A stretch of 64,000 nt of DNA from Felis catus (Eukaryota), in the NCBI RefSeq assembly GCF_018350175.1, contig NC_058368.1:63614001-63678000 (forward strand), written 5' to 3'. Both the position numbers and the translations under genes were made by a program. The stretch's first letter is position 1; the number at the start of each line of letters is the position of its first letter. Below are positions 51,820-64,000 of this stretch, piece after piece. The notes beneath the pieces were generated by a model, which was not told where the DNA came from, did no database searches, and saw only the letters and a list, made by a program, of their open reading frames with translations.

Positions 51820-53790
51820 TTCTCTCCAAACACTATTGGTGATCATAATTTTTGGTGATTTAAATAACAGCAAAGAGGATCCTTGTAATACTCTGACATT
51901 TTGGCTACTTAATGTCCTTTCTTCCAATGATCTCATCCTCTGTGTTCTCTTAAGCATTCACTCCAGGGACATAACCTGGTTCTTATCATTCAAAATAACT
52001 AACTCCTCCAAAATGTCAGTTCGATGCAGAGTACTGTCTTGTGATCACCACCTACTGTTTTTCCCAGATGCTTCTCTTTCTTTTTTTCTTAAAATTTTTT
52101 TTAATTTGAAATTTATTGTCAAATTGGTTTCCATACAACACCCAGTGCTCATCCCAACAGGTGCCCTCCTCAATACCAATCACCCACCCCCCTTCTCACT
52201 CCCACCCCCCCATCAACCCTCAGATTGTTCTCAGTTTTTAAGAGTCTTATGGTTTGGCTCCCTCCCTCTCTAACTTTTTTTTCCCCCCAGATGCTTTTCT
52301 TGAGAACTACTTCTTAATGATTCCTTGACCTCATTGACCTCACCCCCTTTCCACTCTTGTTCTCAGCCCTCATATACTCATGTTTCTCCCTGTCTAAGCG
52401 GATTTACTGGCAATCATCATAATTATTCTCTGGCATCCTCCTTTGCTTTGTCATTCTTCCTTTCTTTTTTGCCCCATTTTTGTCTTCTATCAATATAGAA
52501 GTTCTGTCAATATACTAATAAGCTCTTATTTCTCCCTTCAGTACAAAATACCTTTTGAGGAGATTTTCTTCCCCTTCTGTGCTCCACTCCCCCCCCCCCC
52601 GCCAATGTAACAGAATGTTTTTAAAAGAGTTGTCTACATTTGCTGTCTACAATTTCTCTCATCCCATTCTTTTTTGAATCCATTGTGACAGACTTTCACC
52701 TATGCCACTTCAAAGAAACACTTCTGTCAACATCCCCATTGGTCTCCACACTGTGAAATCCATTGTTAAATCCAGGTTTCTGTCTTCATCTTAATTGACT
52801 TGTCAGCAGCACATGGCAGTGTGACCCCTCCCTTGTCTTTTATTTATTTAATTTATTTTTGCTTGCTTTCCAGAATCTCATTTTCTTGGTTTTTCTCCTT
52901 TCTTGCTGACTGAATGCCTTTCCTTAGTCTCTTTCACTGATTTTTAAATCTCCTCCAGTGTTATCTTGTAATTGCACCAATGTTCCATTCTTAATTCTCT
53001 TGTTTTCATCTGTACTCACTTTTTAAAAATGATCTCACCAAATTTTATGGCTTTAAATATCGAAATTGCTATTTTCATCCTGGACCCCTGTGCTGAACTG
53101 TTGTTGACTAATACATCCAACCGAATATTTGACATCTCCACTTGAATTTCTAATGGATTTCTCACACTCCAAACTGAGCTCCTAATCTTAATCCCCAAAA
53201 CTTGCTTAACTGAAAACTTGCCCTTTCTTAATTAATAGATGTTCTGTTCTGGGGTCATCCTTGATTCTGGTCTTTCTCTCATTCCTCCATCCAATCTAAA
53301 CTTATATTATTGGCTCTAGTCCAAAAAGATTCATAATTTGACTATATCTTTCCCTTTCCCTGGCTACCAGACTGGTCCAAGCCACTGTTATTTTTTAATC
53401 TAGATTTTTACACTGTGCTAACTGCTCTTCCTGTTTCTGTCCTTGACCCCTACCTTCTGTTCTTGATATACCAGCCGGAGTAGGGATGGAGTAGGAATGG
53501 AGGAGCCTCTTAGCCTGTAATGCTCAAATGCTCACATCCCTTCACTGACTTCCATTTCATTCAGGGTAATGGAGCCCTGTTACAAGGCTCCACTCTAATG
53601 TCACCTGCAGCCTCTCTCCCATGTTCTCACCGTTCCAGCAACAGTGGTCTCCTTGCTTTTCCATTAGCAGTTAGCAGCTTCAGGGCTTTGCCATTTGCTC
53701 CTTCTGCCTGGAATACTTTCCCCAGATGAGATTATAAAATGTGGCATTTGCTTGTTGTGTCTTCTCTGACTACTCTATTTAAAAATCACG
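51820..53790 (+). mobile_element. Long L2 relic with traces of the endonuclease and RT regions
   Basis: IIFGDLNN...NTL...LLNVLSSNDL resembles the APE GDFN motif. gtcttcatcttaattgacttgtcagcagca resembles LILLDLSAAF. L2 3' motifs include gacatctccacttgaat.tctaat and cttctgcctggaatact. Confidence 0.75.
52079..52285 (-). mobile_element. Young L1 3'UTR-only insertion inside the L2
   Basis: Reverse complement of the 3445-3630 region. TSD cccagatgctt(c/t)tctt at 52063-52078 and 52286-52301. Confidence 0.92.
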
Positions 53791-55329
53791 TCCCCAATAC
53801 TCCCTTCCAAAATAGAGAAACAAGGAGACACTGGTAAGGAATGAATCTTGTGATCTTTTGTAGCTAAATCTAAGTAAAAAATAAAACAAAACAAAACAAT
53901 AATATGGTTGGGAAGTGCAGTGTGAAGAAAAAATTCTTAAAGCAACATTACATTCTGCAAAGGAATAAAAACACTTGAAACTAAAATTACAAACTGTATC
54001 AGCATATGTGTTCTAGGGATAATTGGTAAATACTTGGCATGGTCTTGATGTGAAGTTGGGTCTTCTGACTCTAAATGTCCTTAACAACCAATTTTCCCTC
54101 TTCCCTTACTCTCTCTTTTCTCACATACTTACTGCTGTTTTGCTTATTTTTTCCATATATGTATATATATACACACACGTATATATACATATATGTTAAT
54201 AAATAATATAATTTTTTCTGTCCTCTAATGGCCCTTTGTGGAACAAACTTGTTATAACTACTTGAAGTATGGCCATTTGTAATTATACTTTATAGTTTTA
54301 TACATAGATCTAGCTTTGAGTCATTTTAATTATCTATCTGTCCAAACTATTTAACATCTTTCTGTATGTTATTATGTGTCAAATATTTTACTGAAGTCAG
54401 CTATAGTTTATGCTTCTGATTTTTTTTTTCAACCAGTGAATTCTCTACCATAAAGAAAAAAATGTCATCAGATTAGTCTGGCCTGGCAACTATGTGAGTT
54501 TCTGTAATGTTCTATGCCTACTGGCTCATTATTTCTTTGTCTGTTCAAATTTCTTTAGGAGGGATGATACAGTATTTTTTAGCTGTTTTAAATATCCTTT
54601 TCTCCCATTCATGCTCTAAATTCATATATTTATTGCATTCAGCTTGATTTTTGTAATTGCAGAATATACTCCTTTTCCTAACCATGTATAAATTAATCTG
54701 CACAAATTAGTCCATGCAAATCAATGGCCATTCTTGATTAAGTCACATATACTGAGGCACAGTGTTAAGAGTTGAAGGTAACAAACTGGAGCTGTTGCTC
54801 TGTGAGGAAAGCAGGGCAACAGTTTTGGGATCATATTTGATGGCCTCAGTGTCAGCATTCATAAAGAGATGAATTTCATCTGTTTAAAGTAAAAATGGGA
54901 ATACATTATTTCTGCTATTTCCCCCAATTTTCATTTTAATATGAAGGTTTATCCCCCTGCCTGATATTCTCCAATGATTTCTAATTGCACATAAACTAAT
55001 ATTCAAACTCCTCACTCTGCCTCTAGGCTCTTTTTCATCTCTAGGCTATTTCCTCTGCTTGATACACGTTCACTCTAGCTGCCCCTCCCCTCCCCGCTTC
55101 ACTTCTCTCTTGGCTACTTCCTTTCATTGTTGAGGTCTTGGCTTTCATAGATTCCCACTGAAAGCCCTCCTTTTTTGTTTATGTTTATCACATTAAAAAA
55201 TATTGTTTTTTCTACTGTTCTACCTTTTTTTCCTGTTGCCCCCAGGATTGTAAATTGCATGTCTTGTTGATTAACTTACTGACTGAACAAATAAAGAAAA
55301 AAGAGCAACCTACCTGCAGGCAGAAGGAA

Positions 55330-56030
55330 GTGGATGCATGGAGGTTAAGGGGTGTTTTGAGCCATGGTTTGATGGTTTGTATAGAAGCAGAAGTGGGGAC
55401 TCCACCATGACTCCAGTGTGAACTGAGGGTAGGGCAGCCTAGTGCATGGGGAGATGAAGGGGCAGAAATGTAGGTTGAGGAATCTGGAGGAACATGTTTT
55501 TCCACATAATAGTAAAAGAATCATACTTGTGTTTAAAAAGATAAGTCCTAGAAGGGTGGGAGGATATGTGACTGGTGAACAGTGTAGTAGTAGGGGAGCC
55601 AAGTAAGAAGCTCCTTCAGTAACTCAGGCAATTGATGTTAATGGGAGGAACTCAGGGTGTTTTAGAGGAAATGAAGAGAAATGGGACCAAAGATGATTTC
55701 TGAGATGTAGAATTGGTGGACATGTTAATCTATGGACTACAAGGTGGGTGGTGAGAAAGACAAACGTGGCTCTGGGGTTCCACCTCAGGTAACTGGATGC
55801 TTGTTATTATCCAAGGATGAGAAGAGAGGGCTGGCTATGATGAGTTCCAGTTGTATCTGGTCAGATTTGATGGATCAGTGTATTATTGCAAGGAGAGATG
55901 TTCAATTGATAATATATGTTTGGGTCTTTGGAGACAAAAATCTGAGTCCTGAGCAAGGAAGTGAACACTTGTAATGAGAGGGGAAGAATGTGAAAGGAGG
56001 AGAAAGTCAAGGATGAAACTTAGGTAAGAA
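55330..56030 (-). mobile_element. L2 relic
   Basis: Purine-rich antisense L2 motifs (gagatgtagaattg...atggactac.agg.gg; tgatgagttccagttg). Confidence 0.5.
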
Positions 56031-56714
56031 AAAGAAAAACACCATGGTTTTTCCTAACTCTCTCTCTCAATACTCTTCTTAGTCTCTTTTGCTGTAATTT
56101 CCTCATCCAGTGTGTTTTGAAGATTCAGCTGTCCTTACCATTTTAGATTCCACGATTCGAGGATTGCCTCATCACTTCTTTTTGCATATGGCTCATGTTG
56201 TTTTAATTTTTTTTTTAATAACTCCTTCCTCATTTCTACTGAACCCTGTAAATTGCAATGGCATGGACATGAGCTTGCTTTCCATTTAGCCCTTTTTGTT
56301 TGGTTACCTCTTTCTGCTGTCAGGCTTGTCTTTGTGTCTCTGTGTCAGGCTTAACGTTGTCAGTTACTCTTTCCCCACCTCTCAGAGGCAGCTCTGTTAC
56401 GGGCAGGCATTCCTGACAGTCTCATCTCAGCTCTTTAGACTGGTCCTCCCTAGTACCATAATCTAAAAGAGACACACTGGGTCACTTTCCATTGCAGTAG
56501 GCTGCATTCATTTTCTCTGTAAAAATTACCCTGTCCAACAACCCATGTTGTTTGTATTCATTGTCTGTCTCTATCTATGGGAAGTGAGCTCTGTGACAGC
56601 AGTCAGTTACTCGTATTGTATTATGAGCTCCTTTTTGTGTTTCAATTGTGCCTTAATGTTTTCTCTTAGGAAACTTTCCCCTTAGATATCCTCTTGGATC
56701 ATGCCCTCATTTCA

Positions 56715-56762
56715 ATTATTATTGTTGTTGTTGTTGTTGTTGTTGTTATTATTATTATTATT
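56715..56762. repeat. Compound (TTG)n(TTA)n microsatellite
   Basis: Direct observation. Confidence 0.9.
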
Positions 56763-57588
56763 AAACTTCTTCAGTTATTTGCTCACGTGCCAGCTTACCA
56801 GATAAGTGTTTTCTCTCTATTCTATATCAAATAGACCACACTGCCAATCTGATCACCATTTATAATCCTTTTTTACTTAACAGCATTGACCTATTTTTTA
56901 ATGTGTTTATTTTCTCTCTCTCTCTCGACATCAGAATGCAAATCCCTAAAGATGGACACATTATTTTATTTGATACTGTGTCCTTAGAAATTAGAATAGT
57001 TCTTGACACATAGAATTTACTCAATATTTGATGACTAAATGACAGAATGTACAGAAATAGAGATGTCTCTTATGCCAGGCAGTAGAATAAGACCATTGGT
57101 CAGCCAATCTGGCCATCTGATTCTTCCTGATATCAAATCCTTATTTTTACTTGTGATCTATTTTTGATAACATTGGACACACACGAGATGGGTACTGGGG
57201 AGGATTCCCACCAAGGAACAATACCTAAGAATATATAGAAACAGACCTAAGAATATGTAGTATAATAATTGGATGACTATTCTTGTCACTGAGATATTTG
57301 AATGCAATTGACTTGAACCCAGTTTTACCATTCATGGAAGTTCACAGGCCCTCCCCAAATTTCTCTAAACACATAGGCTGGTGGGGGCCTTATGTTCCCA
57401 TGTCCTCTTCTACCTTCTGGACCTTTAACCCCCTGTGTTCTAGCTCTGGACTATAGCACATTAATCCAGATATGAAACTCATATCTGTTCAAGTTTCACA
57501 AAATAAAAATGAAAATAAACTAGCGCTATTCTAAGTCAGTTACCATTCTTCCTTTCTGTTTCCCTCTCCCAACATTTGGTTAACCATT

Positions 57589-57677
57589 ATTTTATTAAAA
57601 AATTTTTTTTGAATGTTTATTTATTTTTGAGAGAAAGAGAGAGGCAGACTGCAATCAGGGGGAGGGGCAAAGAGAGA

Positions 57678-57714
<37 letters not shown>

Positions 57715-57841
57715 TCGGCAGCAGGCTCCAGGCTCTGAGCTGTCAGCACAGAGCCTGATGCAGAGCTCAAACTCATGAGCTGTGAGATCATGACCTGAGC
57801 TGAAGTCAGACACTTAACCTATTGAGCCACCCAGGTGCCCC
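57589..57841 (-). mobile_element. Can-SINE with internal (AC)n expansion
   Basis: TSD tggttaaccatt at 57577-57588 and 57842-57853. Confidence 0.92.
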
Positions 57842-57969
57842 TGGTTAACCATTCTTATCTGCTGTTGTTTCTTATTCTTTGTCCCTTGCTCTTTTTTGTT
57901 CCCCTCACTGTCATTTTAGTGAGACATTGGGAGGGGAAATCCATAAATGTATGCATTTAGGATGCCATT

Positions 57970-58230
57970 TTATTTATTTATTTGTTTGTTCATTTATTTA
58001 TTTTTAATATAATTTATTGTTAAGTTGGCTAACATACAGTGTATACAATTTGCTTTTGGCTTCAGGGGTAGATATCCATGATTCATTGCTTACATACAAC
58101 ACCAAGTGCTTATCCCAACAAGTGCCCTCCTCAATGCCTATCACCCATTTTCCCCTCTTCCCTGCACCCCCATCAACCCTCAGTTTGTTTTTTGTATTTA
58201 AGCGTCTCTTATGGTTTGCCTCCCTCTCTG
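57970..58230 (-). mobile_element. Carnivore L1 3'UTR-only insertion (longer 3'UTR type)
   Basis: Homologous to the L1 3'UTR. TSD taggatgccatt at 57958-57969 and 58231-58242. Confidence 0.9.
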
Positions 58231-58439
58231 TAGGATGCCATTATAGTTGGAAACTTCTTTCACCTTTAAGTCATTTTTAAAAGAGATAGTTATTTTTCAG
58301 ATACTCTTATCTTCTCAAATACGGTCTTTTAATTAACTCAGATAATACAGGGTTTCAAGCAGTGTAAAAGTGCTAATATTTTATTTAGCTTTCTCTTTGT
58401 AGAATAGGATTTATTATGAAAGAAGGAAGAACGCTAACG

Positions 58440-58645
58440 TTTTTGTTACTATTATGTGATATGGGCTTTGCATAGTTTCCCTCATTGAACAGTTCAAAGC
58501 GACTCTATTAGGCATATGTCCTATTACTCTTATTTTATAGAACAGAAAATGAGGATCAGAGAAGCGAATTTCTTTGCCTGAGATTGGAGTAAATAAGTAA
58601 ATAAGTAGCATATTTAAGCCAAGATCTTCTGATTCCCAAGTCCAC
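58440..58645 (-). mobile_element. MIR relic
   Basis: tattactcttattttatagaacagaaaatgagg.tcagagaag...ttgcctgag...tttaagccaagatcttctgattccc. Confidence 0.65.
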
Positions 58646-59716
58646 ACTCCTTTACTACATTCCATTTTTTCTTAGAAATAAACTTGTTACTCTTTAAAAG
58701 TGAGTAATTATTTTATCAATTTAAATAGAGACTCATAAAAGTAATTCTAAGCAAAACAGATGTATTTAAGAATGAAAAGAAAATGAAAAATTGTTATCCT
58801 TTGTGTTTTACCCTCTTTATTTAATGTGTAAGACCATTAATCTTACTCTCTTGTTTCCATGAGTTTAGTAATGAGTTTCTCTGTTCTATTGCAGTGTAGT
58901 CTGGTTTCCCAATATTTTATTTTGATTGTCTCTTGCTCATCCTATTAACAGAATACTGCAAGATATCACAAAATTGCATAAAATTCTGAAAGCATGAAAG
59001 AGCTATGTGCCAATAAGCTCTTTGAGTTTATGGATAATATAGAAGCAAAGTAGTTAACAAAGAATAAGTCAAATTTACTTCCATATGACGAAGTGGAAAA
59101 CACTCTGAAACCAGAGTGCTTGAGAAAGGCAAAAGATTTAAATTGAGTGATAGAAAAAATGACTTTGAATAAAATATTTTAAAGCATATTTAAAGTAAAA
59201 GCACATTAATGTCAATATAAATTTAAAAATATAATAGATCATCCCTTGGTGACTTTTGTTAATAACTTAGATTATGAAACATGATGTTCTGAGTTTTTCC
59301 TGCTTATTAAAATGACTGATATTTGCTTATTGTAGCTGTTATTCAAGTAAGAGTTTAAATACTATTATATAAGCAAAACTTTCCCACTATAAGAAAAAAA
59401 TGAGCAGAAGAAATGATAAGACCCTTGTTTCTTAATTCCCACTTCCTAGCCCCAAGATACACGGAGTATTTTGCTCTGTACATTACATATATATAGAATA
59501 TAGAATATAGCAATATATATGTATGTATATGCAGAATATAGAATATAGCAACTGTGTGTATACTCGTTTTTCATATACATGTATGCTTGTTGAAAGGCAC
59601 CCATATGTCAAAATGAAATTTTACTGTATATCATTTTCTGAAACTTTTCTCTTGTAGCATATGAAAAAATGTTTAAATCAAGATGAATATTGAAAACATT
59701 GAGAATGTACTTTATT

Positions 59717-59942
59717 TTTTTTTTTTAATTTTTTTTTCAACGTTTTTTATTTATTTTTGGGACAGAGAACGACAGAGCATGAACGGGGGAGGGGCAGAGA
59801 GAGAGGGAGACACAGAATCGGAAACAGACTCCAGGCTCTGAGCCATCAGCCCAGAGCCGACGCGGGGCTCAAACTCACGGACCGTGAGATCGTGACCTGG
59901 CTGAAGTCGGACGCTTAACCGACTGCGCCACCCAGGCGCCCC
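59717..59942 (-). mobile_element. Young SINEC_Fc-type Can-SINE
   Basis: Perfect 16-bp TSD gagaatgtactttatt at 59701-59716 and 59943-59958. Confidence 0.95.
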
Positions 59943-60046
59943 GAGAATGTACTTTATTAAAAAAGACTATAACTTTCTTTAAAATAATTTTTAGTCTTAA
60001 AACTTACTCTGTAAGTCTAGAACAATGTGTATTTAAAGGAAGTAAA

Positions 60047-60156
60047 TTTTGAAAAGATAAATGCACACCTATGTTTATTGCAGCATTACTTACAACATCT
60101 AAGATATGGAAGTAAGCTAAGTGCCCACCAATAAGTGAATGTATAAAGAGGATATG

Positions 60157-60201
<45 letters not shown>

Positions 60202-60675
60202 GATATCGCACAGCCATAAGAAAGATGAGATCTTGCTATTTGCAACAGTGTGGATGGAGCTAAAGGGTATTATGCTAAGTGAAATAAGTCAGCTTGAGAA
60301 AGACGAATACCATACGATTTCACTCATATGCTCATATGTGGAATCTAAAAAAAAAATGAATGAACAAACAAAGAACAGATTTAGAATGAATACAGAGAAA
60401 GAACTGATGGTTATCAGAGGGAAAGGAGATGGGGGCATGGGCAAAATGGGTGGAGGAGAGTGAGAGATAAAGCCTTCTAATTATGGAATGAATAAGTCAT
60501 GTGAATGAAAGGTCTAGGATAGGGAATTTACTTAATGATATAATAGCATTGTGTGGTGACAGATGGTAGCAACACTTGTGGGGAATATAGCATAACATAC
60601 AGAGATGCTGAATCAGTATGTTTTATACCTGAAACTAATGTAATGTGCAACTATACTCAAAAAGATTAAAAAAAT
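60047..60675 (+). mobile_element. L1 3' end (ORF2 terminus plus 3'UTR) with (CA)n at 60159-60198
   Basis: atgcacacctatgtttattgcagc and the translation FATVWMELKGIMLSEISQ.EKD.YH.ISLIC. Confidence 0.88.
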
Positions 60676-62719
60676 TTTAGATAGTGTCTTGAATTTGAGT
60701 GAAAGAGACAGTAAAAATATAAGATATGTGATATGTGACCTTTCTCATTTTTAGATTTTTGGCATTTAAAAAAATTATTATCAGATGATCAAAATACCTT
60801 GTATTTTCAAAATGGAGAAGATTGGGCTTAAACACAGTCCACATAAGAAAAGAATCATGGCTTTTGCTCATGACAAAACTTATTAGTTCGACATAGTGTG
60901 AATTGAATGTGAAAAAATGCTAACACAAAATTAGATTGCATTTCTAGAAGTGAAATGTTGGGATCAAGGGAGGATGCTATTTCCTGATCATTAGCAATTG
61001 AGAAAACATGTTTGATAGAAAATGGTCTGTCCAAGAAGCCACCCTGTTAGATGAACACTGGCAATTAAGGCTTATAAAAAGGAGGGAAGCCATGATGGCT
61101 TTATAGTGCAAAATTGTGCCTTGTGAAGAATGACTGAAGGAATTGAAGGCATTTTGTTTTGTTAAATAAGTTTTGTTATTTTGGCTGCAGGCAAAATAGG
61201 GACAATGGAATTGATACCAAAGCAAGGTTAAGCTCAGTTTAGAAGGAGGGCTAGTAGATACATTTGTTAAGTGCCTATCCTTTGTCAGGCAACATAATAG
61301 ATGTGTGCATATTTGGTCAAGGTGGAATTTTGAATGAGTTTTGAAAAAAGATGGATTAATCGCCAAATGTGCTTCAGATAACTGATTGGAAAAAAGTATT
61401 TAACTCATTATTTCACATCTCAGTGTAAAAGAAATGTAAAAAAATAAATGTAAAAGATGTCAAAGCAATGACTGTCCTGGTACATTTCACCAGGTTGCTT
61501 CAGTTAGATCTTTAAATGTGCTCAAAAAGAAATCTTAAACATTCATATTTTAAGAGATGGAATAGTGAGATATTCGTATTTTCATAGGCATTTTTATGAA
61601 AAATTTCACTGTTTTACAAAATTATGCTATAATATATATTCATAAAAAGTAGATATGATTAATAACCTCATTTTAGAGTCCTAGGCAAGCAATATTTCAT
61701 TTTGAGACTTTGTTTTTCATGTTACATGAGAATAACATTAATATAACACTAAATGCTCAATAAAAAAAAAAAAAGCTTTATGTTATGTTTCCAGCTTGGC
61801 TTTCTTTTCTTTCCTAAACTAACATTTTCTTCAAAGCCGTATGTAATTACTTGGGAATGGTTTAAACCTAGTCATGATCTGTTTTACTATATTTGTGTGC
61901 TTGCCTTATATCAGGCATATAGCCAAGTAATATTTAATAATTAATGTATAATTTATAAGAATTTCTAGTTCTTACAGTTCAGCTATATCCAAAGAATTTC
62001 TAGTTCAGCTATATCCAAAGAAGCTTGAGTACACAGTATTAAATCTTTGGAAGTGAAATAAATTAATAATTTGGTCACACGGTTTCTGATCCCAGTTGGT
62101 GATAAATGCCTAAGTAAGACAAGATTATGTTTATTATTATGATTTGTAACAACACCATTCCTACATAACTCCTAATGATTTGAAGCATTTATCTCTTATC
62201 ATTTTCCTCTATTTACATACTTCTTTATGTAGAAAGCCTACTATATATAAGTTGTTTTTTATTTTACTTCTCCATATTATTAAATATTTTTTGGAAAAAT
62301 TAGAAAAATTGATAATTGGTAAAATTTGGAAAAATTGATAGCTATAGAAGATTATATACATATATTGTTTTATTTCTCTGCTAAAATTCTCTATTTGTTC
62401 ATGACTCTTATCTACTTTTTTCCTCTGGATCCCTTGACATACTCGTCATAGTTCTTTTAAAAGTCCTGGTCTGATAGTTCCAACATCGCTACAGCCATCT
62501 CTAGTTACGGTTTTATTGTCTACTTTATGTTTTGACAGTGGGTCATTTTTTCCCTTGTCCCCAGTTTTTCTCATGAATACCAGGTGGAAGTCTTTGGAAA
62601 AGAACTGGTGAATGATACAGATTTCTTTTATGTGGAGGACTACCAGAAATTAACGAACAACGTGAGATACATGCACACATATACATGTATATACACATAC
62701 GTGCACACACACCCCCCCA

Positions 62720-63268
62720 CAAAATGGAATGTCATTCAGCCTTAGAAATGAAGGAAAGCCTGCCATTTGTGACAACAAGGATAAACTTGGAGGACGTTAT
62801 GCTAAGTGAAATAATTTAGATACAGAAAGGCAAGTATTGTATGATTTCATTTATATATGGAATGTAAAATAATCAAATACTTAGAAACAGAGAGTGAAAT
62901 AATGGTCACCAAGGGTGCGTGGGGCGGGGGGAGGAGAAATGGGGAGATGTTGGTCAAAGCATATAAACTATCGGATATGCAAAAAAGTTTTGGAGATCTG
63001 TGCAACAAAGGGTCTATGATTAAGAATTGTATATTTAAAAATTTACTGAGAGAATATTTCATATGTTAAGTGCTCTTATCGCAAAAGGAACAAGCACAGG
63101 TGTTAGAAAGGAACTTTTGAAGGTGATGGGTAAGCTTACAGCATTGATAGTGATGATGCTTTCATGGATATAAATCCATCACCAAACACCTCAAATTTTA
63201 TACATTAAATATCTATAACATTTTGTATGCAAATAATACCTCATTGAAGCAAGTTAAAAAATAAAAAC
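62720..63268 (+). mobile_element. Older L1MA/MB-type 3' end
   Basis: aatggaatgtcattcagcctt...ccatttgtgacaac..ggataaac.tggaggacgttatgctaagtgaaata. Confidence 0.8.
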
Positions 63269-63290
63269 ATGCATTTAAATGTAACTTTTT

Positions 63291-63480
63291 AAAGTTTATT
63301 TATTTATTTTGCGAGAGAAAGAGAGTAGGCAGAGAGGGAGGGATAGAGAGACAATCCTAAGTGGGTTCTGCACCATCAGCTCAGAGCCCAATGTGGGGCT
63401 TGAACTCATAAGCTGTGAGATCATGATCTGAGCTAAAATCAAGAGTCAGATGCTTAACCAACTGAGCCACCCAGGCACCC
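63291..63480 (-). mobile_element. Can-SINE
   Basis: TSD atttaaatgtaacttttt at 63273-63290 and 63482-63499. Confidence 0.92.
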
Positions 63481-64000
63481 TATTTAAATGTAACTTTTTA
63501 AGAAAAATATATTTTAAAATAGAAAACGAAAACAATGGACACTTAAGAGTTACACATTGATTCAGGCAAAATATTATAGTATTTCATTTTAATAAAAGGA
63601 GAGTTTTGGATTCCTAAGGGACAGGGGCATCTTAGGCCACAAGGAGCAGATTATAAATCTGTAAATGGTGCTCACACTATCTGAGTTTAGTCCTGGTGCT
63701 CTTCACAATGCCATGCTCTCACAACACTTTTATAACTCTCTCACAATCTGGAGATTTAGTTTTTAAGGAGTTTACTAACTTTCATAACTTTTTCAGTAAA
63801 GTTGTTACAATGGATTGTTTTATTTTATTTCTTCTGGAAGAGAGTGATTTGTTGAAAATACCTTAGTGACTTCTGATCTTATATCCTGTGTAATAGTGTC
63901 TTGTGGAGGATAAGTTATGTTCAGTCATTGTACCTTGTATTTCCAGCTGCTCCTTATCCCAGCACCATGGGGAAGTAAAGAAAAGCTGACTCATTCATTT

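Noticed and set aside
1..64000. miR-17-92 cluster (known neighbour of GPC5) or further GPC5 exons
   Set aside because: I recognised no such miRNA sequences and no other glypican-like reading frame. Small non-coding or alternative exons cannot be excluded without transcript data.

Overview
Mammalian (felid-type) genomic DNA, AT-rich and repeat-dense, lying inside the glypican-5 gene (GPC5) on the + strand. The only protein-coding piece I can support is one 162-nt GT-AG exon at 13418-13579, which matches GPC5 exon 2 as I recall it ([24 protein letters not shown]...RNAAAFQ). The rest is intron. It contains about 26 carnivore tRNA-derived Can-SINEs (five of them young SINEC_Fc-type, one nested in an older SINE), a 5'-inverted (twin-primed) young L1 at 1371-3642, several L1 fragments, L2 and MIR relics, MLT1 (ERVL-MaLR) LTRs, MER20/MER5A DNA-transposon relics and microsatellites. 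The most unusual structure is an inverted repeat with ~510-bp arms (43046-43550 and 44338-44856) enclosing a decayed ERVL pol fragment; its arms look much better preserved than the surrounding ancient elements. I see no evidence of a novel multi-gene system. Repeat family names come from motif recognition by eye, and boundaries of old elements are approximate.
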